A stretch of 64,000 nt of DNA from contig OX597835.1 in NCBI GenBank assembly GCA_951406725.2, positions 14,880,001 to 14,944,000 of the forward strand, written 5' to 3'. The translations under genes were made by a program, and so were the position numbers. The notes below the pieces were generated by a model. The model was given only the letters and a program-made list of their open reading frames with translations. It did not search any database and had not been told where the DNA came from. How positions within the stretch are numbered: position 1 is the first letter of the stretch; the number at the start of each line of letters is the position of its first letter. The stretch is from Octopus vulgaris. Lineage: Eukaryota. Shown piece after piece: positions 38,836-52,494 of this stretch.

Positions 38836-39161
38836 TAGAGAGAGAGCGAGAGAGAGAGAGAGAAAGGGAGAGAGAGAGAGAGAGGTGGGCAGAGCGAGAG
38901 AGTCTGAAGATTGTGGTCACGAGCAAACGTGTGCATTCGATGTTAAATTTATCAACACCGCTTACAGCGCTACATGGCTTCTACAACATGGAAAATATTC
39001 CATCAACGCTGTCCAAACGATGCCGATATCAATTTCACAAGGTTTAGCCTCCCCACCACCACCACTACCACACCCACCCTCTCCACATACATAAAAAGCA
39101 ATTTCGCATCAGTTAACAAGTGTGATCATTTGTTTTAATCTCAACTGGTTCTGCCTTGTTC

Positions 39162-39654
39162 AATTTCTTTATTGCCTGCCTACAAGGGGCCAACACAGAG
39201 GGAACAATACATCTGATTTTGGGGTGTCAGATACATCGGATGGGGAAATAAAAAGGTGACTTTAAAAATTTAATACAATAAAATATAAAAACGAATGACG
39301 GGACAGACCGGAAGACAGTGGGAGGCGGGTTTTGTGCGGACCCCACGAGCCCCGCCTCGCCATTGATACCTAAGGCAAACTTTGAACTGTGTTCATGTGG
39401 TTACATCCACTCCCAACTTTCGAGCTACATTCTTCCATCGACTCTCAAACTTTTTCACCGTCAGACATTTTCTCTCTAGCCCCATCTTCCATTTGAGGTG
39501 GCAGGGGAAATAATTCACCAGTGCAGGGTCAGAGATGAAAATGCCCGGCATTATCCCTTTCATCCTGCTTCTCCAAATAACCTCTCTCGCAATTGCTACT
39601 TACACTGAGAAAACAAAACTTAGCTTCTTTCGAGAGGAAATCGGGCGGGTCAAT
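39162..39654 (-). mobile_element. 5'-truncated Tx1/L1-clade LINE: ORF2 C-terminus plus 3' UTR
   Basis: Minus 39599-39393 reads VAIAREVIWRSRMKGIMPGIFISDPALVNYFPCHLKWKMGLERKCLTVKKFESRWKNVARKLGVDVTT* (A-R/K-xx-IW-xx-R...LE...F-xx-RW pattern of Tx1-like ORF2 ends); flanked by an imperfect ~41-bp direct repeat at 39121-39161 and 39655-39695. Confidence 0.75.
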
Positions 39655-39704
39655 TGTGATCATTTATTTTAACCTCAACTGGTTCTACCTTGTTCGACAT
39701 GATT

Positions 39705-39915
39705 CTGAGATGGCAAAATCGTCAGCGCGTTCGAAAGTGCTTAGCGCTATTTCTTCCGACTCTTTACGATCTGATTTCAAATTCTACTGAGGTCGACTTT
39801 GTCTTTCATTCTTTCGGTATCGATAAAATAAGCACCAGTCGATCACTGAGATTGAGATAATCAAATAACTTCTGCCACGAAAATTGTTGGCCTCTTCTCA
39901 AAATTTGAGACCATT
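39705..39915 (+). mobile_element. degenerate SINE B2
   Basis: GAGATGGCAAAATCGTCAGCG...GAGGTCGACTTTGTCTTTCATTC...AAAATTTGAGACC. Confidence 0.7.
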
Positions 39916-41500
39916 ATTCCAAAAGAACTCAAAGAAAAGAAAGCTTCATATTACACGGAACGTTTGAAACCAGGCCTAGCTAAAAGTTTGAATACAAGCA
40001 TGAGCATTTAGGACTGACTGAAGGAAACTACTTCGGACAGGTAAAAGGTTAAAATAGCACGCGACGTGGAGTAATTGACTTAGACATGATCCGGGCCAAC
40101 AATGGTCCACAACTTACGTTATGAGTAGTAGTAGTAGTAGTGGTGAATTCAAAGCAACAACAGACACAAAATTATAAATTCTACGTGTTTTAATTCCTAA
40201 TTAAGCAAACCAATTATCGGCAAGAGGCTCTCTCTTCTTCTCTCATGAAAGTTTGGTTAGCCTCATCAAAGGGACACTCTCGTATATTCCAAAATTGATC
40301 GTCAATTCTGTCAACAATCTACCCACAAGCTTTCAATGTGTATATAATCAAACACACATACACACAGATGCACGCGCATGCGTGAAGGTATGTGTGTGCG
40401 AGCACATGTAAGGATGTATGTGTAGGTGAGAGTGAATGAGTGCGTATTTATGTATGTGAGTGTGTGTGTGTGTATAAAAAGTTGCCTTTGAAATATCACG
40501 TTTTTATTAGATAAAAATTTCGAAGTAAATTAGACAGGAAGAGAGCAAAAAGAAGCAAAATGATGATGAGACGAGAGTCCGGAAGAAGATAAATTAAAAG
40601 ATGGATAATTGAGAGTGGATGGGTGATAAGGAGGGAATTAAGCGGAATTTGTATCTTATGACGCACACGAACGTTCTAGGAGGTCACCATTAAATAACAC
40701 AGCCTCGTAGCAGACTTTAAGCAGCAGAGCTGTAGAAATTAGCACATTTCTTCAAGACAAACACTACCATACTGTACTGAATGGGCGAGTTTAGCTTCTT
40801 TTTTTTTATTGTTTTGTTTTCTTTATGTTATTTTTTTTTTATTTTCGTGGTTCTACTCATAGTAACGTTTCTGTTCGTCTAATGAGACTTCCTTTGTCAC
40901 AGACTTGAGAGATGCCAACTTCCTTTCTTCTCACTCCAGTTCTTTAAAATATTTGTTGTAACATTTGGAAGGCATCAAACTTTAGAAGAACGCTGATCTA
41001 CTGAAGAACAGAAAAAATTGCAACTAAGAAAAAACAATCTGGATTTAACTGAGAAAAAAAAAAAACGAAAAAAATAAAGATAGCAATATTTCGTTTTTTT
41101 TTATCGAGTTTGCCTGATTCTTGACGCGATCTCGTGTATTAGAACTGACTTTGTTGACAAGGCGGCGAGCTGGCAGAACCGTTAGCACGCCGGGCGAAAT
41201 GAGTAGACTGGAGCAAAGTGATGGCTGGATGGATGGACAGACAGAGTGAGAGATGGATAAACAGAGAGAGAGAGAGGGGGAGGGAAAAACAGACGGACAG
41301 AATGACAGCAGACTAATAGACCAAGTGATAGAACATTACGCACCACCGGCTCCGGGAATAGAACCTATTCCTCTAGAGACAAAGTGATAGACAGATAGAT
41401 ATACAGACACACAGAAAATGAGAAGCAGTGACAGACAGACATGTTTTATCAATGCTTCCATTAACTATGTATAATTTTTTTTAAAAACCTCTAAATTTTT

Positions 41501-41730
41501 ACATTATTTACATTTGATGTATATTTGTCCTCATCTTGTTTGTTGTTAACACAACGTTTCGGCTGGTTCACCCTCCAGCCTTCATCAGGTGTCTTGGGGA
41601 AATTTTGAACCTGGGTTCTCATTCCTAAGGTATTTTTCGATATTATTATTATTATTATTATTATTCAGTTGGCGGCCTGAAATCGAACTCAGAATCTTGG
41701 GGTTAGTGGCCTGCGCTCTTAGAACCATTA
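41501..41730 (-). mobile_element. tRNA-headed element with (AAT)n spacer and hammerhead-containing 3' part
   Basis: Minus TAATGGTTCTAAGAGCGC...GAGTTCGATTTC (A/B-box-like), (AAT)n, then GACAC CTGATGA A GGCTGG..CCAGCC GAAA CGTT GTGTT. Confidence 0.75.
41548..41593 (-). ncRNA. minimal type I hammerhead ribozyme (Penelope-type)
   Basis: Stem I GACAC/GUGUU, core CUGAUGA, stem II GGCUGG/CCAGCC with 8-nt loop, GAAA, palindromic stem III ACGU, cleavage triplet GUU. Confidence 0.8.
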
Positions 41731-42487
41731 AACTAGTGTTAAATAACAAATTATAATTAGGACTAGACAGTTAGTTCTATGAGGTGAGTTGGACAGTTGA
41801 TTCGTTTATATACATGATGTAATTTATACTTTTTTATATATATATAACTAAGGAATGATGGAATAACATAGATTTAGACAAATTGATCTCATCTATCTTA
41901 TAAGACATCTAGAATTTGTCTATGATTCCATCCAAATTTTTAACAACTGCGTCATTTATCTAAATACATCATCTCCAATCTGAAAATTTTTCGAAGTTTT
42001 AAAATACGTAAAACTTCCTGACAGAAAATTGTAGCTAAAAAGCAAAACAAAAAAAAGATAGATTTGTATAATTTTGTTAACATGAACGAGAACCGTTTGC
42101 ATTTTTTGATACTCTAACATTTCAACAGAAAAGCACAATTATTTTAATCCTGTAATTTCTGTTAACACGATTTTTTTTAAATTTTATTTTGTGCGTGTGT
42201 TGTTTGTTCTTCAATAAAATATGGTTCGTATATTACTGCTTTTGGTGCACTTCAGCAAGAATATGTACTTGGATTAAGCAATAACACAACTTTTCAATTA
42301 TCTCCGTTATGACAATTTAAGCAACAAGAAAAATAGATCGTTTTCAATTTGAAATAAGTTTTGCTCTAAAGAATATTTCTCATTATGTCAGGTACCAAAC
42401 GTATTGTAGCTTTCTGTCTCTCTAATTAACCAAATGCGAATGATGTAGTCTTTCTCTTCTGTTGTAATTCCATTTAAAAAGATAACA

Positions 42488-43175
42488 AGCTCGCAGAATC
42501 GTTAGCACATTAAATGTTTAGCGGTATTTCCTAAGTCTTTATGTTTAGAGTTCAAATTCCGCCAAGGTCGACTTTGCCTTTTATCTTTCCGAAGTCGATA
42601 AAATAAGTACCAGCTATGCATTGGGGTCGATGTAATCGATTAATCCCCTCCCTTCAAATTTCAGGCCTTGTGCCTACAGTAGGTAGGATTATTATTGTTG
42701 TTGTTGTTGTTATTAAAACGAGCTAGCAAGATCGTTACAGCGCCGCAAAAAAGGCTTAAACGGCATTTCATCCGTCTCTACGCCCTGAGTTCAAATTCTG
42801 TCGAGAGCGACTTTGTTATTCATCTTTCGGGATCGATAAAATAAGTACTAGTTGAGTACTGGGGTCGATGTAATCGACTACCCTCTCCCCCTGGAATTTC
42901 AAGCCTTGTGCCCATAGTAGAAAATATTATTATTATTTAGGTGGCGAGCTAACAGAATCGTTAGCACTCCGAACAAGACGCTCGGAAGTATACCGTCCGT
43001 CTTTACGCCCTGAGTTCAAATGCCACCGAAGTTGACTTTGCCTTTCATCTTTTCGGGATTGATAAAATAAGTACCAGTTGAGCCTTGGGGGCCGATAAAA
43101 TAAATATTAGTTGAGCATTGGCGTCGTGAAATCAATTAGCTTCGTTTAAAAGTTTCAGGCCTTGTGCCGACTGGA
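42488..43175 (+). mobile_element. three consecutive SINE B2 copies separated by (ATT)n
   Basis: Heads at about 42488, 42719, 42940; tails TTTCARGCCTTGTGCC followed by ATTATTATT. Confidence 0.85.
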
Positions 43176-43499
43176 TTATGATTCTATTTAAATATATGAT
43201 GCTTTATAGGGATATTAAATTAACCCAAGTTCATAACTGGTTATGTATTTTATCGATTCCAGGAGGATGTAAATTAAAGCAGGATTTGAACTCGGATCTT
43301 AAAGAGCTGGAAAAGTACATTGCCTGGGAATGGCCTGGTTTTTGTTAACGGCAGACATCAACAACTGATGTTTAATTAGAGAACAGAGGACATCATCAAT
43401 TGATGTACGTTCGTACAATGCGGAAATCTCAAATGAATTTATGCTCTCGATGGATGCAAAGGAAAAAGAATATTTTATGGCACTTTTCCATAATGAAAT

Positions 43500-43641
43500 T
43501 ATAAATTTTGTGTGAGCGACTAACAATGATTATAGATTTCATATTTATATTAAACGAAAATAAGTATAAAAATTTTGTGTGAGCGACTAACAATTATTAT
43601 ACATTTTGTATTTATATTAAACGAAAATATGTATAAAAATT
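43500..43641. repeat. ~68-bp tandem duplication
   Basis: AAATTTTGTGTGAGCGACTAACAAT...ATTTATATTAAACGAAAATA x2. Confidence 0.85.
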
Positions 43642-43854
43642 TCTCGTGAGAAAAAGGCACTCTATTTATTTCTTTATTTATTTGGTGTTTTCCTGTTTGA
43701 CAAGTATTCGCGCAACCATTTCCCGAATTTTAATGGTTACATTGTTATAAAACACTATATATACGACTGGTACTTTACTTCATCGTTTCTAGAAAGATGA
43801 AAGTTGAAGCTGACCGACGGCAGGGCTTGAACTGGTTACACAGTTACAGCTCTT

Positions 43855-44385
43855 AACTCTTTCACTCGTTTCATTCATTGGACTGTGGCTGTGATGAGGC
43901 ACCGCCCTGAAGCGTTTAGTCGAACAAATCGATCCCAGTTCGTTATTTAGTCTCGTAATTATTACCCTCTTTCACCAAGCGGTTACGTTACGGGGACGTA
44001 AGCAAACTGACACCGGTTGTCAAATGGTGGTGAGACGAACACAAAGTCACACACACACACACGCATATTATAGCGACAGAAGCAGTATGAATACCAAAAG
44101 GTAATATTCATCCTCGCTCAAAGTGGAAATTGTGTTAGAACACAGAATATTATTTACTTGAGAGAAACTCTAAAAAGGACTCGTCACACACATACACACA
44201 CAGAGACACATACATTGAAAACGGGTTTCCACACAGTTTCCGTCAACCAAATTTACTCACAAGGAATTAATCGGACTACGGCCATAATATAACGACAGCT
44301 GGTCCAGGTGCCGTGCAATGAAATTGAATTCAAAACTGCATGGGTGCAAAGCTAACGTCTCAGCCACTTAATTATGCCTGCCCAC
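43855..44385 (-). mobile_element. old, interrupted SINE group C
   Basis: TTTCATTCATTGGACTGTGGC...GGCACCGCC...GGGGACGTAAGC...CAGTTTCCGTCAACCAAATT. Confidence 0.65.
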
Positions 44386-44753
44386 TACTTATTAGAGATG
44401 ATATAAATAATAAATAATCCCTGATTTTTTGTAAAACAAGTTTTGGTTGGGTTTGTCAGAAGAGCGGAGGATAATATTGCGTCTCTGATGTCCTGGATGC
44501 AATTGAGTAAATTATCTGATTAGCGATTTCTAATTTTAGTTTCTTTGGACACATCATTCACAATAATGATTGTAGTAACCACAAGCGATTCGATATTGGA
44601 ATGTATTGGTTTCCAATGAGGAGGAGAGGAAAAACATTTAATATTCTGGAGAAAATTCTTTATCGGAAACACGTCCTGAAGATACAGAATGGATAGAATG
44701 GGAGGAGAGAGAGAGAAGTGGAACATAAGGCAGAAGGAATCACAATGTGAAAC

Positions 44754-45135
44754 GGGAATGTAACAATTGGGCGCAGCTGTTTGGACGCTGGCGATTAGGC
44801 ACGGCTGACTGATCTCTGAAGCTGTTTTGTCAACAGTATTTTTTGGCACTGGAGGCAAACATACTTCCACACTCACACGTATGCACGCACGCGCGCCTAG
44901 AAATATACACATACAGATAGAGGAGAGAGACATTATAATTTATTAATTGAACATGATTGAATAAATACTGTCTCTCTTTTCATACACACGAAGAGAGATC
45001 TATTCGTAGAAACGCAGAGTAAGATAGTGGAGAGAACAACAGAAGCATTAAGACGTCCGCAGTCAAATATGTCTGCCTCGAATCAGCGACGCCGAATAGG
45101 CGGCGCCAAAACGGCTGTGCCAAATATATCTGATC
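44754..45135. mobile_element. MITE-like element with imperfect GGCGC-rich inverted ends; related copy at about 32922-33115
   Basis: TTGGGCGCAGCTGTTTGGACGC (44767) is the imperfect inverse of GGCGCCAAAACGGCTGTGCCAA (45102); GGGCGCAGCTGTTTCGACGCT...TTTTGGCGCTGGAGG also at 32937-33009. Confidence 0.5.
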
Positions 45136-45355
45136 TCTGTATGAAACACGTGTTGGTGAGGCATCAGAGTTAGAGAGACGATGTGATCGAAACAACGGCG
45201 AGGAACCCGAAAATAAGGAAGAGAGCGAATAAATAGAAGGAAATACAACTAGGGTGCAAATTTGGGTTTTTTTTTTTAGGGTTGCCCTTAATTATTTAAG
45301 TATTCAGTGGTATTTTTCAGGTTATATATTATACTTCGGGTATTGAATATTCATT

Positions 45356-45726
45356 TACTCTTTTACTTGTTTCAGTCATTTGACTGCGGCCATGCTGGAG
45401 CACCACCTTTAGTCGAGCAACTCGACCCCGGGAATTATTCTTTTGTAAGCCCAGTACTTATTCTATCGGTCTCTTTTGCCGGTGACATAAACACACCAGC
45501 ATCGGTTGTCAAGCAATGCTAGGGGGACAAACACAGACACACGCATATATATATATATATATACATATATACGACGGGCTTCTTTCAGTTTCCGTCTACC
45601 AAATCCACTCACAAGGTTTTGGTCGGCCCGAGGCTATAATGGAAGACACTTGCCCAAAGTGCCACGCAGTGGGACTGAACCCGGAACCATGTGGTTGGTA
45701 AACAAGCTACTTACCACACAGCCACT

Positions 45727-45768
<42 letters not shown>

Positions 45769-45927
45769 TACGACGGGCTTCTTTCAGTTTCCGCCTACCA
45801 AATCCACTCACAATGCTTTGGTCGGCCCGAGGCTACAGTAGAAGACACTTGCCCAAGGTGCCACGCAGTGGGACTGAACCCGGAACCATGTGGCTGGTTA
45901 GCAAGCTACTTACCACACAGCCACTCA
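45356..45927 (-). mobile_element. SINE group C with a duplicated 5' half
   Basis: ACGACGGGCTTCTTTCAG...CCACACAGCCACTC occurs at 45571-45727 and 45770-45927, joined by (TA)n. Confidence 0.9.
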
Positions 45928-46264
45928 TGTTTTTCTTATAGATATTATAGGAGATGAACGTTGGCAACTTTCGAAAGAATAAAACGTAAAGGAAGAACTT
46001 TAAGGCCAAAACAAAGGCAGCAAAATAAAATGGAAGCTGCAAAACTGCAAATATGTTGAAGAGCGGAAATGATCAGAAGAATCAGAGATGTTCATTATTA
46101 CTGGCAACTGGAGAGGCCTCTTGAGTAAATATAAAGAATTTCCTCTGCGCTTGCCAAAATAGAATCTAAAACAAAATGTAAAAAAAATCTTACATCATAA
46201 CGGAAAAATAGTTTAACCTTGTTTAATTTTGAAAGCTACTCAGAGAGAAGTTATCGACAGGTAA

Positions 46265-46748
46265 TACTCTTTATTCTTTTACTCGTTTCAGTCATTTGAC
46301 TGCGGCCATGCTGGAGAATCGCCTTTTTTTTAATCGAGCAACTCGACCCCGGGACTTATTCTTTTGTAAGCCCAGTACTTATTCTATCGGTCTCTTTTGC
46401 CGAACCGCTAAGTAACGGGGACATAAACACACTAGCATCGGTTGTCAAGCAATGCTAGGGGGACAAACACAGACACATAAACACATACACGCACATATAT
46501 ATATATATATATACATATATATATGTATACATATATATATGTATACATATATATATATATGTATACATATATATATACATATATACGACGGGCTTCTTTC
46601 AGTTTCCGTCTACCAAATCCACTCACAAGGCTTTGGTCGGCCCGAGGCTATAGTAGAAGACACTTGCCCAAGGTGCCACGCAGTGGGACTGAACCCGGAA
46701 CCATGTGGTTGGTAAACAAGCTACTTACCACACAGCCACTCCTACGCC
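46265..46748 (-). mobile_element. SINE group C, full length
   Basis: Matches 5482-5876 and 45356-45727. Confidence 0.92.
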
Positions 46749-47283
46749 TATAATGTCTAAAATATCTTGTTAACGCCTCTAAAAGTTGTTTGGTTCTGGT
46801 TATTTCACAAGCTAAACGAACCGCAGTCAATAGTATCGATAAATCGGAGCTGAAAGCTTCCTTCTAGGATTAGAATGGAATCACAGAGATTTCTCAAATC
46901 TTCACGAGCTTACGCTATCAACGAAAGAAAGTAGTTTACCATGATACAAAAAAAAATCTAACACGGTTGCTGGTACCAATGCAGTTCTTTCAGATTCTGC
47001 TGTTACAGCTGAGTTTTGAAAACATGCAAATATTCTTTGAATTTTCGGTTTACTTTTCTCTTGGCATTCGTCAACATTCTTTGTGTTGTTCAGTCTGACT
47101 TGACCTTCACATTTATTGTTAATCTATTTTTAAGAAACAATTTTGTTGAAAAGAGAGAAAGCAAATTTTCCGGATTGCTAATTTTATGAATGTCTGTTCT
47201 TAAAATAAAATATATTTTGACAAGTTTACCTTCTGTTCGTCAACGCACCAGAGTTAATGCAGTGCGTATGAATGTATGTATGC

Positions 47284-48915
<1,632 letters not shown>

Positions 48916-48917
48916 AA

Positions 48918-49080
48918 AATGGGCTTCTTTTAGTTCCGGTCAACCAAATTCGCTCAAAGGTCTTTAGCTGACCTGGAGTTATAGTAGAAGACATTCACCA
49001 GAGATGCCGCACAGAGGCAGTGAACTAGAAAACGTGTGATTGAGAAGCCAACTTCTTCACCACATGGCTATGCCAGCATC
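48918..49080 (-). mobile_element. degenerate SINE C 5' half
   Basis: GGGCTTCTTTTAGTTCCGGTCAACCAAATTC...ATAGTAGAAGACA...CACCACATGGC. Confidence 0.7.
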
Positions 49081-49640
49081 TTCGAAATAATGTCATATGA
49101 AATTTTCAATATCTTGGATGGGCCATTATCTCAACACACGCACTGCTTATAATTCATTTCTTTCACCATCATCATTAGTAGTAGTCAACCGGTTAACTAT
49201 TTAAGCAATCGATTGGTTGATTGGCCGAACGACTAATCAAGTAACTGATTGGTTAAATGGTTAACTAGTTGACTGACGAGAATAAAAGAAGTGAAATTCA
49301 ACCAGTGCATGTGCTTATAATTGACATAATGACCCTCCCGAAACAACACATTCTGTTTCAATACACGTAAGTTTACATTAAGAATCTTACAAACCGAATT
49401 TTAAAAAAAAAACATCTTATAAATTTAAAGTACAGGAATAATTCTACGTATTTCTGCGACGATATTTTAAAGGAAGCGAAGAGGAAGCAGTGGCGTATAT
49501 TCATTTCTCGGCTAAACTTAATGCTGGTGGGTGGGGAAGGAGAATGGAAACCAAAACCTTGATTTTTTCCAATGACTTTCACTTATGTCATATGCTAACA
49601 AAATCTAAAACTTAGTATTCTTCGCAATAATTAAAAAAAG

Positions 49641-49960
49641 ACTCCGCCGGTTACGACGACGAGGGTCCCAGCTGATACGATCAACGGAACAGCTTGCTCG
49701 TGAAATTAACGTGCAAATGGCTGAGCATTCCACAGACACGTGTACCCTTAACGGAGTTCTCGGGGATAATCAGCGTGACACAGAGAGTGACAAGGCTGAC
49801 CCTTTGAAATACAAGTACAACTCATTTTTGCCAGCTGAGTGGACTGGAGCAACGTGAAATAAAGTGTCTTGCTCAAGGACACAACGCGTCGCCGGGAATC
49901 GAACTCACAACCTTACGATCATGAGCCGAATGCCCTAACCACTAAGCCACGCGCCCTCAC
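49641..49960 (-). mobile_element. SINE group A2, full length
   Basis: TSD TCTTCGCMATAAT at 49619-49631 and 49961-49973; homologous to 20099-20432. Confidence 0.9.
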
Positions 49961-50542
49961 TCTTCGCCATAATAATGCATGTGTGGCGACCTACTTCTCT
50001 GCGAAGGAGATCCTGTTTTTCCGATTCTTGCAATTGGAGTAGTTTATAGATTTACCATACAAGAACTGTTCAATATTTCCTTTTACAGTTCTGTGGATCA
50101 AATTGCTTCTGTTTCCTTCTTTTTTTTTTTTCCTGTGGGTGAATGTTATATGTGCGTGCATGTAGGAGTGCACATGCTCGCTTGTGTGAGCGCATGTGCT
50201 TGCGTTTCAGCACGTGTGTGAATGCATGTGCGTGCACGTCAGTCAGTGCGTGCATGTCAGTGCGTGTGCGTATATGAATATGCATCTATGTAGGCGCCTG
50301 AATGTGTAATTGTGTGTGTTTGAGCGAGTGCACGTGTGAGCGCGTGTGCGTGCGTGCATTTTTGTGAAAGTGCGCATGCGTGTGCCAACGTATATTTATG
50401 TGTGTGCGCGTGTATGTATGTGTTGTGCTGTGTTCGTGTGGGTTGTATGTCTGTATGTATTAACGTGCGCATGTCAGTATGTTTGTGTGTATGTGTGTTG
50501 TATTGCGTTGTGTGTCTATACCTCACTTCGTCAGAGTGCGAG

Positions 50543-50549
<7 letters not shown>

Positions 50550-50584
<35 letters not shown>

Positions 50585-50620
50585 CGCGCGCGCGAGTGCC
50601 ACAGAGATAGGAGAGAGAAG

Positions 50621-50653
<33 letters not shown>

Positions 50654-50661
50654 AGGAGAGA

Positions 50662-50740
<79 letters not shown>

Positions 50741-50801
50741 AGAGAGAGAGAGTGAGAGAGAGAGAGAGACGGAGAGAGAGAGAGAAGGAGAGAGAGAGAG
50801 A

Positions 50802-50840
<39 letters not shown>
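50550..50840. repeat. (TG)n(CG)n then (GA)n microsatellite
   Basis: Seen directly. Confidence 0.93.
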
Positions 50841-50843
<3 letters not shown>

Positions 50844-51460
50844 GCACTTGGAAAGCGTAAAAGTACTTTGGCACATCCACATATCTACACCCCATCAAGT
50901 AATTAATCTAATTAATCAACACACACACACACACACAGACACACACACACACACACACTCACACAAACGTATGCAAGCTGAAACAACAACAGCAACAACA
51001 ACAACAACAGCACCAGAATGTAATTAGGAAGTAGTAATATTCAGAATAGAAAAGAGATAATATACAAGAAAATTATGCGAAACTTTTTACTTTTATTTTG
51101 TTTTGTTTGTTTTTTTTTTTGTTTTTTGTTTTTTTTTTGTTTTTTTGGCTTCCAAGCAACGAGATTCTGGTTGTAAGCTCTATTCTTGAATTAATCATCT
51201 TAACTTGTCTTGTCATCACCCGCTTAGTGATGACGGCTTGTTCCAATGTTTCAGTTTTTAATTCTAACAGAAACACAAGATATTGAAAGATGGAATGCAA
51301 TCGTGATGCAGTCTTAGAACATAAATGGCATTAATACCCGAAATATTCGAGAAAAGGGAAGACAGTCCATTTAATCAACTCCAACACTTGACAATCTGAC
51401 CCCCGGCACCCAGATCGATATAATAAAATAAAACTTTTTTTTTTAAATCTAAAGGCGATT

Positions 51461-51681
51461 CTGACCTGGAGTTATAGTAGAAGACATACACCAGAGATGC
51501 CGCACAGAGGCAGTGTACTAGAAAACGTGGGATTGAGAAGCCAAGTTTTTCACCACAAGGCTATGCCTGCATCTTCGAAATAATGTCATAGGAAATTTTT
51601 AATATCTTGGATGGACCATTATCTCAATACACGCACTGCTTATATTTCACTTCTTTCATCATCATTATTAGTAGTAGTCAA
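51461..51681 (+). repeat. dispersed local copy of 48968-49188
   Basis: CTGACCTGGAGTTATAGTAGAAGACAT...TTAGTAGTAGTCAA at both loci. Confidence 0.9.
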
Positions 51682-51834
51682 ATGTAAAGAGAGGAATTGA
51701 AATGAGTCTTACAGTTATCCTGAGTCTTACAGTTATCCTATTTCTCTATTCCACTGCTTTACTACTACTACTACTACTACTATTATTATTATTATTATTA
51801 TTATCATCATCATCATCACCACCATTACAACCAC

Positions 51835-52245
51835 TCTCTTGTTTGAGTATTGGAATGTGGCCATGCTGAGGCACTTGAAGGAATCAGTCGAACAAATCAA
51901 ACCCCGTACTTACGTTTCTAAGTCCGATGCTTAATCTGTCGGAACCTTTTAACAAATAGCTATGCTACGGGACATAAACAAACCAACAATGGTTGTTGTC
52001 AAGCGGTGGCTTGAAAACACAGAGGAACATCCGTATGTGTATGCGTGTGTGAGTGCGTATACACACATGAATACGCATACACACTCAAACATGTAACGGG
52101 TTTCCTCACAGTTTCTTTCTACCAGCCTATTCTCTCACAAGGCATTGGCCGTCGCAGGGCTATAGAGGACACTCGTCCAAGATACTGCGCAGTAGGACTG
52201 AAACCATAACACCGGGATTGCAAGGCGAACTTCTCAGGCACATGA
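51835..52245 (-). mobile_element. old SINE group C
   Basis: GTGGCCATGCTGAGGCAC...GGGACATAAACAAACCAAC...CTCACAAGGCATTGGCCG...GGACTGAAACC. Confidence 0.65.
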
Positions 52246-52494
52246 CCCTACCCTAAAAATAAAAACATCAACAGTGCCCCAGAATGGCCACTGCCTTTCA
52301 GTTGAAACATAAAAGAATCCCTTCTCGCCATTCAACAAGTTTTTACATGCAAATGAGCAAAATAGTGAAGAAACTGCGGAGCTGATGTCAATTAGAAGAA
52401 GGGTAACATGCTTTATGGAAATTTCGATAGCAAAGAGCGAAGAATTTTCCCAAAGAAACGTAATGAAAGTCACGGATAGGCAAAGGTGTGTCTG

